NCBI RefSeq assembly: GCF_000195955.2
Contig: NC_000962.3
Span: 720,001 to 752,000 of the forward strand
Origin: Mycobacterium tuberculosis H37Rv
GTDB lineage: Bacteria > Actinomycetota > Actinomycetes > Mycobacteriales > Mycobacteriaceae
Direction of reading: 5' to 3'
Length of the DNA stretch: 32,000 bases
The notes beneath the pieces were generated by a model, which saw only the letters and a list, made by a program, of their open reading frames with translations, was not told the origin of the DNA and did no database searches. This document shows, one piece after another, positions 1-10,319 of the stretch. The position numbers and the translations under genes are program-made. Every line of letters begins with the position of its first letter. Positions within the stretch are counted from its first letter, which is position 1.

Positions 1-4
1 CGAG

Positions 5-1732
5 TCAGCCACACCCCGTCGACTGTAACCGCATCCGCAACCCGCTGGCCCGCACCGCCCGGCGTGCGATCGCGGCCCGCACCGAAGCTTCGGACCCGAC
101 CACCCGGACCTTGCGTTTGGCCCGGGTCACCGCGGTGTACAGCAACTCCCGGGTCAGCAACCGCGAATCCTCTTGCGGCATCAGCACCGTCACCTCGTCG
201 ACCTGGCTGCCCTGACTCTTGTGGATGGTCATCGCGTGCATGGTCTCGACGTCGCCGAGGCGGCCGGTGGCAACGTCAAGTGGCCCGGATGCACCAGAAA
301 TGACGGCCCGCAGACCGGTGGGGCCGGCCAGCACGACACCGGTGTCGCCGTTGTAGACGCGAAGGCCGTAGTCGTTGGCCGTCACCAGCAGCGGACGCCC
401 GGCGTACCACGGCGTCCAGGGCGGCTGGCCGGTCTCCTCGGCGAGCCAGGCTTGAACCCGGCGGTTCCAGTGCAGCACGCCGGTGGGCCCGTCCCGATGC
501 GCACACAGCAGCCGGTGCTCGTCCAGGGTGGCCAACGCGACGTCGGAGGCACCCAACAGCGCCGCCTCGCGCAGCCGCAACGCGTGTGGCACCAGCACCG
601 CGCGCAACCGCGGCGCCGGATCCTCGTCGTCGACGAACTCGATCCGCTCCTCACCCGAGCGCAGCAGGCCCAGTACGGCATCGCCATCGCCGGCCCGGAT
701 CGCTTCGGCCAAGGTACCGATCACCTTGCCGAACCGATGCGACGTTCGCAGCTGCGCCACCAGCGCGTCGTCGCGTACCGAGAAGCCATCGACCAAATCC
801 GCCAGCACCGCTCCGGCTTCCACCGACGCCAACTGGTCGGCATCGCCGACGAGGATCAACCGGGCGCCCGGGCGCACCGCCTCGGCCAGCCGGGCCATCA
901 GCGTCAGCGACACCATCGAGGTCTCGTCGACCACGATCACGTTGTGAGGCAACCGGTTCTGGCGATCCTGGCGAAACCGCGCTCCCGGTTTGGCACCCAG
1001 CAGACGATGCAGCGTGACCGCGTGCAGGTCGCCGAGCCGTGCCCGGTCGGTGGCGTCGAGCTTGGCCATCTCGCGCCGTACCGCCTCGGCCAGCCGGGCC
1101 GCCGCCTTGCCGGTGGGTGCGGCCAGCGCGATCCGCGGCCGCGGCTCACCGGCCAGCTCCGCCTGCTCGGCAACCAACGCCAGCAGCCGCGCGACCGTCG
1201 TCGTCTTCCCGGTGCCAGGCCCGCCAGTCAACACCGTAACACCTTGCGAGAGCGCGATTTCCGCCGCGCGCCGCTGCTCGTCAAAGCCGGTCGGGAACAG
1301 TCGCCGCAAGTCGGGTACCCCGGCCGGTCGCCTGGATGTCAGCAACGCGAGCAGGTCCGCGCACACCTGCTCTTCTTCGCGCCAGTAGCGGTCCAGATAG
1401 AGCAGCCGATCGTCATACAGGTGCAGCACGGGTGGATCGGCGAGCAACGGACTGGCCCGCACCGCCGCCAACCAGTCCGCCGGATCCGGCCACGGCAGGT
1501 CGTCGTGTCCAGCAACCCGCGCGATCGACAACAGATCCACACACACCGAACCGGCCCGTAGCGCGCGGACCGCCACCGCTACCGCCAACGCCACCCGCTC
1601 GTCGCTCTCCCCGGCCAGTGCACAGAGACGTTGCGCCACATGCACATCCGACACGTCCAGCACACCGGCCTGGTTGAAGGCCCGCACCATCCCGGAGGCC
1701 TCGACGGCAAAATCGACGTCGGTGAGCTTCAC
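5..1732 (-). CDS. recD: RecBCD exonuclease V alpha subunit RecD (SF1 helicase)
   Basis: ORF 5..1918(-) trimmed to GTG at 1732 (VKLTDVDFAVE..., 575 aa), which gives a 4-nt GTGA overlap with the recB stop. Walker A GGPGTGKTT, Walker B-like VIVVDETSM, C-terminal TIHKSQGSQ motif typical of RecD. Confidence 0.9.
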   Translation of the reverse strand: MKLTDVDFAVEASGMVRAFNQAGVLDVSDVHVAQRLCALAGESDERVALAVAVAVRALRAGSVCVDLLSIARVAGHDDLPWPDPADWLAAVRASPLLADPPVLHLYDDRLLYLDRYWREEEQVCADLLALLTSRRPAGVPDLRRLFPTGFDEQRRAAEIALSQGVTVLTGGPGTGKTTTVARLLALVAEQAELAGEPRPRIALAAPTGKAAARLAEAVRREMAKLDATDRARLGDLHAVTLHRLLGAKPGARFRQDRQNRLPHNVIVVDETSMVSLTLMARLAEAVRPGARLILVGDADQLASVEAGAVLADLVDGFSVRDDALVAQLRTSHRFGKVIGTLAEAIRAGDGDAVLGLLRSGEERIEFVDDEDPAPRLRAVLVPHALRLREAALLGASDVALATLDEHRLLCAHRDGPTGVLHWNRRVQAWLAEETGQPPWTPWYAGRPLLVTANDYGLRVYNGDTGVVLAGPTGLRAVISGASGPLDVATGRLGDVETMHAMTIHKSQGSQVDEVTVLMPQEDSRLLTRELLYTAVTRAKRKVRVVGSEASVRAAIARRAVRASGLRMRLQSTGCG

Positions 1733-4700
1733 GACTGCAGCCTTCCCCGGTCGAGCAGATCCGAGAGCGCCACCACCAACGCCGTGGGCGGGTTCCAGGT
1801 GAACACACCGGCCGGATGCCCGGCCGTCACCGGCGTCGCCGCACCGCACATGCCCCGCACAAACAGGTACAGCACCCCGCCGAGATGGCGCGCCGGAGCG
1901 TAATCCCGCTGCCGCCACCGCAGAAAGCGGTGCAGCACAACAACATACAGCAGCGCCTGCAGTGGGTAGTCCGAATGCAGCATGGCCTCGGTCAACCGCT
2001 CGAAGCCGTAATCGGCGGCGGTGTCACCAAGGTGATTGGTCTTGTAATCGACCACCAGATATCGCTGCCCGGGTAGCCGCAGCACCACGTCGATCGACCC
2101 CGCCAGGTAGCCACGCAGCGGTTGATCACCCAACCCGGCCGAACCAAGCCGATCGGCGTAGGGCGACAACGGGTCGTCGCCGGGCAGGTGCGACGCCAGC
2201 AGCTCACCCACGTCGGCCAGCGACACGTCCGGGGACCGGCCGCGCAGATCGCCCCCGGCCAGCGGCATCTCGAAGTCCAACTCCCGCAGACGATCACGCA
2301 CACCGATCTGCCGCAATGTCAGTGCGGCGGCGGCGGGTCCCAGCGGCGTGTCGTGCATCGGCAGCAACGCTCGGGCCAGTTCGGGAGCCAGCTGCGCGTG
2401 GTCGACGTCCACGGTCCACCACGGCGCGTGCCGGCGCACCTGGGCTTCCAGTTCGGCAGCCAGATCGGGAGCGGCTGGGTCCGCGGTCTCGAGCACCGCG
2501 TGCACCAGCGAGCCGAACGACGCCCCCGACGGCAGCGCGGCCAGCGGTGATGTCAGATCGGCGCCGGAACCGGGCGCGGCGACGACGGCGATCTCCACCT
2601 CGTCCGCACGGCCGCCGGCCGCCGGCTCGCTGGTGACGGTGACGGCTTCCGAGCCCCGCACCAGATCCGAGTACGAGGTCCGCCGCCACGTGGTGTCGAT
2701 CCGGCGGTGAAAGTGCCGAACCTCGAAACCGGGTACGGGCACCGGCTTTTCGAGGGAACTGCGAGCACCGATGACCGATTCCTCGACCGACGGCCCGCCC
2801 GCGGCCTCCCACTGCGCGAACACCGCCCAGGCCTGCTCGTCGGTGACGCGTGGTGTACACCGGTCCGGTACCTGCGACTGGCCGGGCCGGCGCCCGCGCA
2901 GCAACCGCGACAACCCGCCGTTGACCTCGTCGAACGTCGGTGCCCACCACGCGACGACCTGCGATTGCGCGCGGGTAAGCGCGACATAGGTGAGCCGGAG
3001 GTTGTCGTGGGCCGCCTCGACGCGGTTCAGCCCCTCAACGGTGCGCCGCTGAGCACCGCCGTCCTTGCCGCCGATGTACAGGCAGCGGGTGCCGTCGTCG
3101 TGATACAGCAGGATGTCGTCGCTGCGGACGTTGCGGTTGAAGGCGAACGGCAGATACACGATGGGAAACTGCAGTCCCTTGGCCACGAAGACGGTCATGA
3201 TCTGCACCGCCGCGGCGTCGCTGTCCAACCGGCGATTGTGTTCCGGCGGGCCGGCACCCGCCTTGGCCTGGCGGCGCAGCCAATCGCGCAGCCCGGGCAG
3301 GCCGAGCCGCTCGCGATGAGCGGCCTCGTGCAGCAGCTGCGCAATGTGCGCCAGGTCTGTCAGGTCCCGTTCGCCGCCGCGCTGGCTCAGCACGCGCCGG
3401 CCCATCCCGGCCAGCTGAGCGGCCTGAAACACCGCGGCCACACCGCGATGGCGTGCGTGGTCGGCCCACTCGCGCAACGTGCCGGCCACCCGATCGGTCA
3501 GCGCATCGCCCTCGGCGGCAAGCGATTCCGCGGTCTCACCGAAGAACATCGTGCACGCGGCGGCGCGGACCAGCCCGCTGCGCTGCGGCGCGTCGAACGC
3601 CTCCAGCAGGCACAGCCAGTCCTTGGCGGCCTGCGAGGCGAACACGTCGGTGTCACCGGTGTAGATCGCCGGGATGCCCGCCTCCGCCAACGCATTCCGG
3701 CACGCCCGCGCGTCTTTGTGATGCTCGACGATCACCGCGATGTCTGCGGCCACCACGGGCCGCCCGGCGAAGGTGGCCCCGCTGGCCAGTAGCGCCGCGA
3801 CGTCGGCGGCCAGGTCGTCGGGGATGTGCCGGCGCAGCGCCTCGATCGGGACGTGGGCGGTCCCGTCATACCCGAGCGTGTGCCGTTTGACCACGCGCAA
3901 CCGAAACGGCGCCGGGCGCGGCGCCGAGGCCAGGCGGTGCCCGGCGTGGTGGGCGTCGGTGCCGCGGACGACGATGTCGGCGTGACCCAGGGTCGCATCG
4001 CGCAGCACCGTCTGCAGGCTCTCGACCAGCGCCCGGTCGCTGCGCCAGTTGACGCCCAACGTGTAGCGGGCATCGGCGGTGCCGGCCGCCTTGAGGTAGG
4101 TGTGGATGTCGCCGCCGCGAAAGCCGTAGATCGCCTGCTTGGGATCGCCGATCAGGATCAGCGCCGAATGCCGGCTAAACGCGCGCTCGAGCACCCGCCA
4201 CTGCATGGGGTCGGTATCTTGAAACTCGTCCACCAGCACGATCCGCCAGCGTTCCCGCATCCGATCGCGAGCTGGCGAGTCGGCCGCCTCGAGGGCTGTC
4301 GCCAAACGGATCAGCAGATCGTTGAATCCTTGCGCACGCAGCCGGCCCTTGCGGCGCTCGAGTTCCTCGAGCACCTCGGCGGCAAAGCGCAGCCGCACCG
4401 CTGCCTTGCTGCCGGGCTCGGGATCAGGCGGGCGCAGTTGGGCGCACGGGTCGTCGACGACGGCAAGGGCCAGGGCCAGCGCCTCGGCGTAGGTCAGCTC
4501 CGGATCGGTCTCCTGACGACCGAAGTTCGCCAGATAGCGATCGTCCACGATCTCAGTGACCAGGTCGGTAAGGCTCTCCTTGAGCTCCACGTCGGCGGCG
4601 TTGTCACCGGCCACACCGAGGGATTTCAACACCGAGCCGCAGAACTCGTGGGTGGTGGCGATGGTTGCCGCGTCGAAGTTGGCCAGCGCGTCACGCAGCC

Positions 4701-5013
4701 GCGACCGCTTCTGGGCGCGCTCGGCGTCGCTGCCGCGCAGCAGGTGCTCGACGAGCTCGCCGCTCGGCGGCGCGTCGCCTTGTAGCGCGCCCACGGCCTC
4801 GACGATCTGCCCGCGCACTCGCTCGCGTAACTCCCGGCTGGCCGCACGGTTGAACGTGATCAACAACATCTCGTCGAGCGTCGCGGCGGTTTCGGCCAGA
4901 TAGCGGGTGACCAGACCGGCCAGCGCGAACGTCTTACCGGTGCCGGCGCTGGCTTCCAGCACGGTGGTGGTGCCCTCCCTCGGCAACGGGCCCAGCAGCT
5001 CGAAGCGGTCCAT
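1729..5013 (-). CDS. recB: RecBCD exonuclease V beta subunit RecB (UvrD-type helicase plus nuclease)
   Basis: ORF 1729..5784(-) trimmed to ATG at 5013 (MDRFELLGPLP..., 1094 aa). The 257 upstream codons are Arg/Pro/Ala-rich read-through across recC. Motif I EASAGTGKT, motif II LVDEFQDTD, C-terminal RecB-nuclease motif VVDYKTN. Confidence 0.9.
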   Translation of the reverse strand: MDRFELLGPLPREGTTTVLEASAGTGKTFALAGLVTRYLAETAATLDEMLLITFNRAASRELRERVRGQIVEAVGALQGDAPPSGELVEHLLRGSDAERAQKRSRLRDALANFDAATIATTHEFCGSVLKSLGVAGDNAADVELKESLTDLVTEIVDDRYLANFGRQETDPELTYAEALALALAVVDDPCAQLRPPDPEPGSKAAVRLRFAAEVLEELERRKGRLRAQGFNDLLIRLATALEAADSPARDRMRERWRIVLVDEFQDTDPMQWRVLERAFSRHSALILIGDPKQAIYGFRGGDIHTYLKAAGTADARYTLGVNWRSDRALVESLQTVLRDATLGHADIVVRGTDAHHAGHRLASAPRPAPFRLRVVKRHTLGYDGTAHVPIEALRRHIPDDLAADVAALLASGATFAGRPVVAADIAVIVEHHKDARACRNALAEAGIPAIYTGDTDVFASQAAKDWLCLLEAFDAPQRSGLVRAAACTMFFGETAESLAAEGDALTDRVAGTLREWADHARHRGVAAVFQAAQLAGMGRRVLSQRGGERDLTDLAHIAQLLHEAAHRERLGLPGLRDWLRRQAKAGAGPPEHNRRLDSDAAAVQIMTVFVAKGLQFPIVYLPFAFNRNVRSDDILLYHDDGTRCLYIGGKDGGAQRRTVEGLNRVEAAHDNLRLTYVALTRAQSQVVAWWAPTFDEVNGGLSRLLRGRRPGQSQVPDRCTPRVTDEQAWAVFAQWEAAGGPSVEESVIGARSSLEKPVPVPGFEVRHFHRRIDTTWRRTSYSDLVRGSEAVTVTSEPAAGGRADEVEIAVVAAPGSGADLTSPLAALPSGASFGSLVHAVLETADPAAPDLAAELEAQVRRHAPWWTVDVDHAQLAPELARALLPMHDTPLGPAAAALTLRQIGVRDRLRELDFEMPLAGGDLRGRSPDVSLADVGELLASHLPGDDPLSPYADRLGSAGLGDQPLRGYLAGSIDVVLRLPGQRYLVVDYKTNHLGDTAADYGFERLTEAMLHSDYPLQALLYVVVLHRFLRWRQRDYAPARHLGGVLYLFVRGMCGAATPVTAGHPAGVFTWNPPTALVVALSDLLDRGRLQS

Positions 5014-8000
5014 CAGACCGACCCTTCGGCGGCCAACAGCGGCAGCCATAGCCGGGCGGCCAGCGCCCCTAGCCGGGTCTCTTCCCCGGCGACCTCTTCG
5101 CCCGCGCGGGGCTTGCCGAGCAACACCTCGAAGGGTGCGCGCGGGCCCCAGGCTCGCACGTGGGCGGGCGCGTCGTCGTCGCCCGGCCGGAACCTGTTGG
5201 TCTGCCAGCATTCGCGGGCGGGCGGGTAGGGGTCTTGGCCGTCTCGGCGTGCCTGGGCCCACGCGCAGGACGTCTTCAGCGGCAGCGGCAGTGGTTCGCG
5301 CCGGCCGGCGTCGTACAGCAACACCAGCTCCCGCAATACCGCCACCGGGTCCGGCGGCGGCACGAAAAGCCTTCTGGCGATGTGGTTCCTGGTCTTGCTG
5401 CGGCCGATGCACAGCGCCGACCACTCGCGGCCAGGCTCTTGGGCGGCCAGCGTAACCAGGCCGATCCACGCCGGCAACACATGCTTGGGCGCCAGCTTTG
5501 AGTAGGTCACCGACACCGTGCGCCCGCCGAACACGGGTGTCACCGTGCCGCTCAGTCGCCGCCCGTCGCCGAGGTCGACGTCGACGTCGTGCGCCTGGCC
5601 GTGGCCGTCGCGGTGCGCCAGCGCGGCGGCCGCCAGATCGCGCGCGCGGTTCCGGATTTCCTTCGCCCGTCGCACGCCGAGGCGCCCGGGCGGCAACGTG
5701 CCGCGACGCCATTCGGAGTGAGCGGCGTCGTCGGGGTGCAGGCCGCGGAGCATGTCGCGCAACATCCGCTCGCCCACCGTCCACTCGGCCAAGGCGTCGA
5801 CCTGGACCGGTATCGAGTCCTCGACGGTGTCGACGTCCCAGGGCAGCGTGTAGTCCAGCGCCCGGAAGAACCCCTTGACCGGATCCTTGAAGAAGTCGAG
5901 CAGGTCCGCCAGCGTCACGTCGGCCGCGGGTGGTGCGGGCAGCCGACCGGAGATGAAAGCCGTTGGTGGACAGCGCTTCCCGGCGGCGGCCTGGGCGGCG
6001 GCGAGCGCGGCGGGGTCGAACGTGAACGGCTTGGCGCCCAGCAGTGCGCCGGGGGTGACGTTCTTCCGGTCGAACGGCTGCAGTGGGTGTGTGACCAGGA
6101 TCCGCTCACGCACCGGCGCTGACGTCGTCTGGTCGAGCGCGTCGAGCAACTCGGCCAGCGGCACCGCGGGTGGGCGCGGTTGCCCGGTGCGCTCGTCGGC
6201 GCCGGTGTAAGTGATCACCAGGGTCTGGGTGGCCGCACCTATCGCGTCCAGCAGCAATTGCCGGTCCTCCGAACGGATGTCACGTTCACCCGTCATCGGT
6301 TCTCGGGCCAGCACGTCGTCCCCGTCGGGATGGCTCAGCCGCGGAAACACGCCGTCGTCCAGACCCACCAGGCACACCACCCGGTGCGGCACCGAGCGCA
6401 TCGGGACCATCGTGCAGACGGTCAGCGTGCCGGTGCGAAAGTTGGCCCGGGTCGGGCGCCCGGCCAGCTGCGCGTCCAAAAGCGCTCGCACGTCGGGCAG
6501 CCGCAACAGCGGCGCCGCGCGCGAACCGGCGCGCGCCAGCACGTCGGCGAACTCCCGCTGCACCTGCGCGCGTTGCCAGCCGTCGTTACAGGCGGTCAGC
6601 AGATCGATCCCCGTGGCCAGCGCATCCAGCCATGCGACCAACGGCCGTGCACCGCTGAGTCCGCCGACGACATGATGCAACCGTTCGACGAACTCGGCCA
6701 GCCTCCCGGCCAGCTCGACCCGATTGCTGCCGACGTCATCAAGGGGCAGCGCGGTATCCAGCCACGCTTGGGAATCCTCGGACATGGCCACCCCGGTGAG
6801 GATGCGGTCGAGTCCGAACCGCCACGTGTTGTGCACGACGGTGTCGAGGCCATAGCGTCGCCGGTGCGTCGGGTCGAAGCCCCAGCGGATGTTCGATTCG
6901 CGCACCCACGTGGTGATGGTGTCCAGGTCGTCGTCGGCGAACCCGAATTTGGCGCGCACCGGAGCGGCCTGCGCGAGGTTGAGCAGTTGGCTGGCGGTGG
7001 CCCGGGTTTCGGCGATGGTGAGCAGTTCGGCGGCCACCGAGAGCAGCGGATTGGTCTGGGTCAGGGCGCGGTCGGCCAGACGCACCCGCAGCCGGTGTGC
7101 GGGGTGGCAGTCGCCGGCCACCTCACCGAGGCCGAAGCCGGCGACGATCAACGGTGCGTAGGTGTCGATGTCGGGGCACATCACCACGATGTCGCGCGGT
7201 TGCAGCGTCGGGTCGTCCTCGAGGAGGCCGAGCAGCACCTCGCGCAGCACATCGATTTGCCGCGCCGGGCCGTGACAGGCATGGACCTGCACCGATCGGT
7301 CGGCATCCGACAAGCTACGCCCGGCGGGTCGCGGCGCGTTGCCGGCGATGTCGGCTTGCAGCCATCCCAGCAACGTGTCGGGTTTGGTTGTGGCACCAAG
7401 GAATTCGTCGGTGGCCCGGGCGGCGGGCAGCGCGCGCTGCAGTTCGCGCACGTCGCGGCCCAGCGTTTCCAGCAGCGGGTGCTGGGCGGCCCGCCGGCTG
7501 GTGTCCTGCCGCCGCGGCAGCAGGCCATCAGCGCCCTGGAAGCCGGCCAGCGCCCGCCACAACTCGTCGCTGGGGTGCGGCAGCCACAGGTGCAGGTCGT
7601 GGTGGACGGCCAGCGCATCCAGCAGCTGCACGTCGGTGCAGGCCAGGCGGGTGTGGCCGAACAGCGAAAGCCGAGCCGGCAGGTCGGCGGGGCCGTCGCG
7701 CAGCCGGGCGATGGTCTTGTCGTGGCGGACATGCGGGGGATCGGCCCCGACCGTGGTCACCAGGGCGCGCCACAGTGGCGGTTGCCAGGCCAAGTCGCCG
7801 GGCAGCTCGCCGAGGTCGCCGTCCAGCCAAGCGGCCAGCAACCCGGGACGCTGGCGTGCATAGGACGCGAACAGCCCGGCTAGCCGGCGCGCCACCGAAT
7901 AGCGCCGGCCGCGGCGCAGCTCCGCCTCGGCATCGGTCGTCGCGAAGTGCCCCAAGTGGGATGCCAGCGTGCGGCACCACGGTTCGTCGAGGCTGGCGTC

Positions 8001-8306
8001 GATCACCGCCAGCAGCGGCCACGCCAGGGCTTCCGGCGACCACGGGTCGTCGTCGAGGGTGCCGGTGATCTCGGCGATCAGGGACTGCGGATTGCGGAAC
8101 GCGATGCCGGCGCACACCCCGTCGGCGCGGCCCGGCCCGCAGCCCAACACGAGCGAAAGCCGTTGGCTCAGCCAGCGTTCCACGCCGCGGGCAGCGACCA
8201 GCACCAGTTCCTGCGCGAAAGGGTCGGGCTGGGGATCGGCCAGCAGCGCGCCGAGCCCGTCGGCAAGCAGATCGGTGCGCTCGGCACGGTGCAGGTGAAG
8301 CGCCAT
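5013..8306 (-). CDS. recC: RecBCD exonuclease V gamma subunit RecC
   Basis: 1097-aa ORF starting at ATG 8306. Its TGA shares one nt with the recB ATG (TGATG at 5011-5015). Size and position as first gene of a recC-recB-recD operon fit RecC. No ATPase motifs, as expected for RecC. Confidence 0.85.
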   Translation of the reverse strand: MALHLHRAERTDLLADGLGALLADPQPDPFAQELVLVAARGVERWLSQRLSLVLGCGPGRADGVCAGIAFRNPQSLIAEITGTLDDDPWSPEALAWPLLAVIDASLDEPWCRTLASHLGHFATTDAEAELRRGRRYSVARRLAGLFASYARQRPGLLAAWLDGDLGELPGDLAWQPPLWRALVTTVGADPPHVRHDKTIARLRDGPADLPARLSLFGHTRLACTDVQLLDALAVHHDLHLWLPHPSDELWRALAGFQGADGLLPRRQDTSRRAAQHPLLETLGRDVRELQRALPAARATDEFLGATTKPDTLLGWLQADIAGNAPRPAGRSLSDADRSVQVHACHGPARQIDVLREVLLGLLEDDPTLQPRDIVVMCPDIDTYAPLIVAGFGLGEVAGDCHPAHRLRVRLADRALTQTNPLLSVAAELLTIAETRATASQLLNLAQAAPVRAKFGFADDDLDTITTWVRESNIRWGFDPTHRRRYGLDTVVHNTWRFGLDRILTGVAMSEDSQAWLDTALPLDDVGSNRVELAGRLAEFVERLHHVVGGLSGARPLVAWLDALATGIDLLTACNDGWQRAQVQREFADVLARAGSRAAPLLRLPDVRALLDAQLAGRPTRANFRTGTLTVCTMVPMRSVPHRVVCLVGLDDGVFPRLSHPDGDDVLAREPMTGERDIRSEDRQLLLDAIGAATQTLVITYTGADERTGQPRPPAVPLAELLDALDQTTSAPVRERILVTHPLQPFDRKNVTPGALLGAKPFTFDPAALAAAQAAAGKRCPPTAFISGRLPAPPAADVTLADLLDFFKDPVKGFFRALDYTLPWDVDTVEDSIPVQVDALAEWTVGERMLRDMLRGLHPDDAAHSEWRRGTLPPGRLGVRRAKEIRNRARDLAAAALAHRDGHGQAHDVDVDLGDGRRLSGTVTPVFGGRTVSVTYSKLAPKHVLPAWIGLVTLAAQEPGREWSALCIGRSKTRNHIARRLFVPPPDPVAVLRELVLLYDAGRREPLPLPLKTSCAWAQARRDGQDPYPPARECWQTNRFRPGDDDAPAHVRAWGPRAPFEVLLGKPRAGEEVAGEETRLGALAARLWLPLLAAEGSV

Positions 8307-8549
8307 CGGGCGTCACCCTAGTCGAGCGGCCGGCCGCCGACATGCATGCTGGCGTGCATAAACAGACGCGAGATCACCGAACGACAAGGGCTACCAGTCG
8401 GTACGGGCCTTCTTGTCGACCTGGAACTGGGTCAGATATCGAACCGTTCCGGGATTTCATCAACGCGCTGGGGCGTGCCGCGATGTCGGCATGACGAGCC
8501 GCCTCGGACGTGACACACTTCGAGATGGAGGAGGCGGTGTAGGTGTGAG

Positions 8550-8570
8550 GCGGTTGCCCAAAGCAACCGC
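8550..8570 (-). terminator. Small stem-loop just downstream of echA3 (GCGGTTGC / GCAACCGC, 5-nt loop)
   Basis: Read directly: 8550-8557 pairs with 8563-8570. It lies 13 nt after the echA3 stop on the minus strand. No U-tract. Confidence 0.3.
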
Positions 8571-8582
8571 GTCACCCACCAC

Positions 8583-9278
8583 TTACAGCCCGAACTCGGC
8601 TGCTATCCCGTCGATCCCGGCCCGAATCGCAGTGAGCGCGTCGGCGCGGGAGCGCAACTTGGTCGCGGCATGGGCGTGTTGGTTGAGACCGGCGAACTCT
8701 CGTGCGGCTTCCTCGGCGCGGCTGACCACCACCTCCGGCAGGGCGATCTCGTCGATAAACCCGGCGGCCAGCGCGGTTTCCCCGAAGAACGTCTTGGCCA
8801 GCCCGGTTGCCTGCTGGTATGCCGACCGGGTCAGTCGCAGCTTCATGATCTCTAACGCCGCGTACGGAATGGTCATGCCGATCGCGACCTCATTGGCCTG
8901 GATGTTGTATGCGTGGGCCGCCACCCGATGATCGCCGCAGGACAACAGAAACGCGCCCATGGCGATGGCGTGACCGGTGCACGCCATCACCACCGGTTTG
9001 GGGTAGGACAAGAGGCGATACGCCAGCTCGAAGCCGCCCCTGAGCATGTCGATCGCGGGCTGCACTTCACCGGAGGTGAGGATCTTCAGGTCGAAGCCTC
9101 CGCTGAATACCCGGCCATTACCGGTGATCACCAGCGCCCCAACATCATCACGGTCCGCGTTGTCGATCGCTGCATTGAGGGCTTGTTGCATCGCCGGGCC
9201 CAGTGCGTTGACCTTGCCGTCGTCCATACTGATGACGGCGATGGAATCCTTGCGGGTATAGCTGACCGGGTCGCTCAT
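8583..9278 (-). CDS. echA3: Enoyl-CoA hydratase/isomerase family protein (crotonase fold)
   Basis: 231-aa ORF with ATG at 9278. Crotonase signature region ALVITGNGRVFSGGFDLK. Recognised as EchA3. Confidence 0.85.
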   Translation of the reverse strand: MSDPVSYTRKDSIAVISMDDGKVNALGPAMQQALNAAIDNADRDDVGALVITGNGRVFSGGFDLKILTSGEVQPAIDMLRGGFELAYRLLSYPKPVVMACTGHAIAMGAFLLSCGDHRVAAHAYNIQANEVAIGMTIPYAALEIMKLRLTRSAYQQATGLAKTFFGETALAAGFIDEIALPEVVVSRAEEAAREFAGLNQHAHAATKLRSRADALTAIRAGIDGIAAEFGL

Positions 9279-9326
9279 GCTCTCGATTGAATCAGATCAG
9301 CATTGGGGGATCTTGTGCGCCCGCAG

Positions 9327-10166
9327 TTAGCCTGCCGGTATCCGCGTGGGCTGTGGCCCTTGCCCCTCCGAGCGCTGGCTGACCTCGGTGGGCACCTCGA
9401 CCTGCCGAGCGCGCCACCTGTCCTGGGTTTCGGCCGCGGCGCGGTTGATCCGGTCGATCTCGCTGCGGAACACGTCGGGACGCGTCTCCTTGCTCGCGTA
9501 GTGAAAATACGTCAACAGACTACGTAACAGCTCCAGCTTCTGCTTTTCCCGCTTCGCCAGGTCGTGGGTGGTCATCAGCTCGATGCGCGCAACGGGCGGC
9601 AGGGCATCCCAGTCCAGCACCACTTTGGTCTCCAACGGACGCCGTCCGCGCCGCCAGAACCGCCATCGGCGCGGCTGCTCGGGTCGGTCGTAGTAGGTCA
9701 CCGTGCCCGGGAAGCGAGACTCGATGCCCCGCCCGATCTCGGCGCGATCGAGCGCTGAATCCCACACCATCCGCCACTCCTGACCGGGAGCCAGCATCGG
9801 CAACTCTTGGGGCAGCCGAAGTTCCACGACATCGGCGTAGCCGTTGGCGGCATTCTCGTATTGGGCCACGGTTGGTGGGTTGGGGAACGAGAACCGGACG
9901 TCGTAGGCGGCTGTGCGACCGAAGTTGCGGACTACCAGCTCGATCACGTGCCAGTCCGCGACGTGGGGCTCCATAAACATGGCCACGTAGGGCCGAGTCT
10001 GCTCCGCAGCCAGTCGACGATTGCGTTGGATTTGCCGCTTGGTCACCACCAGGGCGACCACACCGAGCCCAAGCGCCGCCCACGCGGCCCACGCCAACCA
10101 GGTGCCGGAGTCGACGCCGGTGACCTCATGCCAGCTGCTCAGGACCCACCCCATGGAATCCACCAT
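9327..10166 (-). CDS. Single-pass membrane protein of unknown function (Rv0633c-like)
   Basis: ORF 9327..10187(-). Start placed at ATG 10166 (MVDSMGW..., 279 aa), with ATG 10187 as an alternative. One N-terminal hydrophobic helix (WLAWAAWAALGLGVVALVV) followed by a basic stretch. No domain I can recognise. Confidence 0.7.
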   Translation of the reverse strand: MVDSMGWVLSSWHEVTGVDSGTWLAWAAWAALGLGVVALVVTKRQIQRNRRLAAEQTRPYVAMFMEPHVADWHVIELVVRNFGRTAAYDVRFSFPNPPTVAQYENAANGYADVVELRLPQELPMLAPGQEWRMVWDSALDRAEIGRGIESRFPGTVTYYDRPEQPRRWRFWRRGRRPLETKVVLDWDALPPVARIELMTTHDLAKREKQKLELLRSLLTYFHYASKETRPDVFRSEIDRINRAAAETQDRWRARQVEVPTEVSQRSEGQGPQPTRIPAG

Positions 10167-10319
10167 CCGCTTATACCACAGTGACATCGGACCGAGAAGT
10201 TAGCTGACAGGATCCCAGAGGCGCCTGGGCACTGGTCGCTGGCTGCCGAATCGTTGGCGGAAGCGCCGCTGGACACGTCGCTGGACCCGGGCCGGAACGG
10301 GAGAGGCTTGCCCAGTCCT

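Noticed and set aside
173-8343. Alternative-frame ORFs across recBCD (for example 173..1561 plus, 462 aa; 6180..7883 plus, 567 aa; 7097..8068 plus; 7528..8343 minus), and the 5' extensions of the recD (to 1918) and recB (to 5784) ORFs.
   Set aside because: Same GC-driven artefact. The recB and recD extensions run through the upstream gene and are compositionally biased. The trimmed starts give tight 1-nt and 4-nt operon overlaps and begin where helicase-family sequence begins.
8439-8450. GAAC/GTTC palindromes resembling half-sites of the mycobacterial LexA box: TCGAACCGTTCC upstream of recC, and CGAACGTTCG at 13604-13613 upstream of secE.
   Set aside because: The mycobacterial SOS box has a 4-nt spacer (GAAC-N4-GTTC). 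These have spacers of 1 and 0 nt, so they do not fit.
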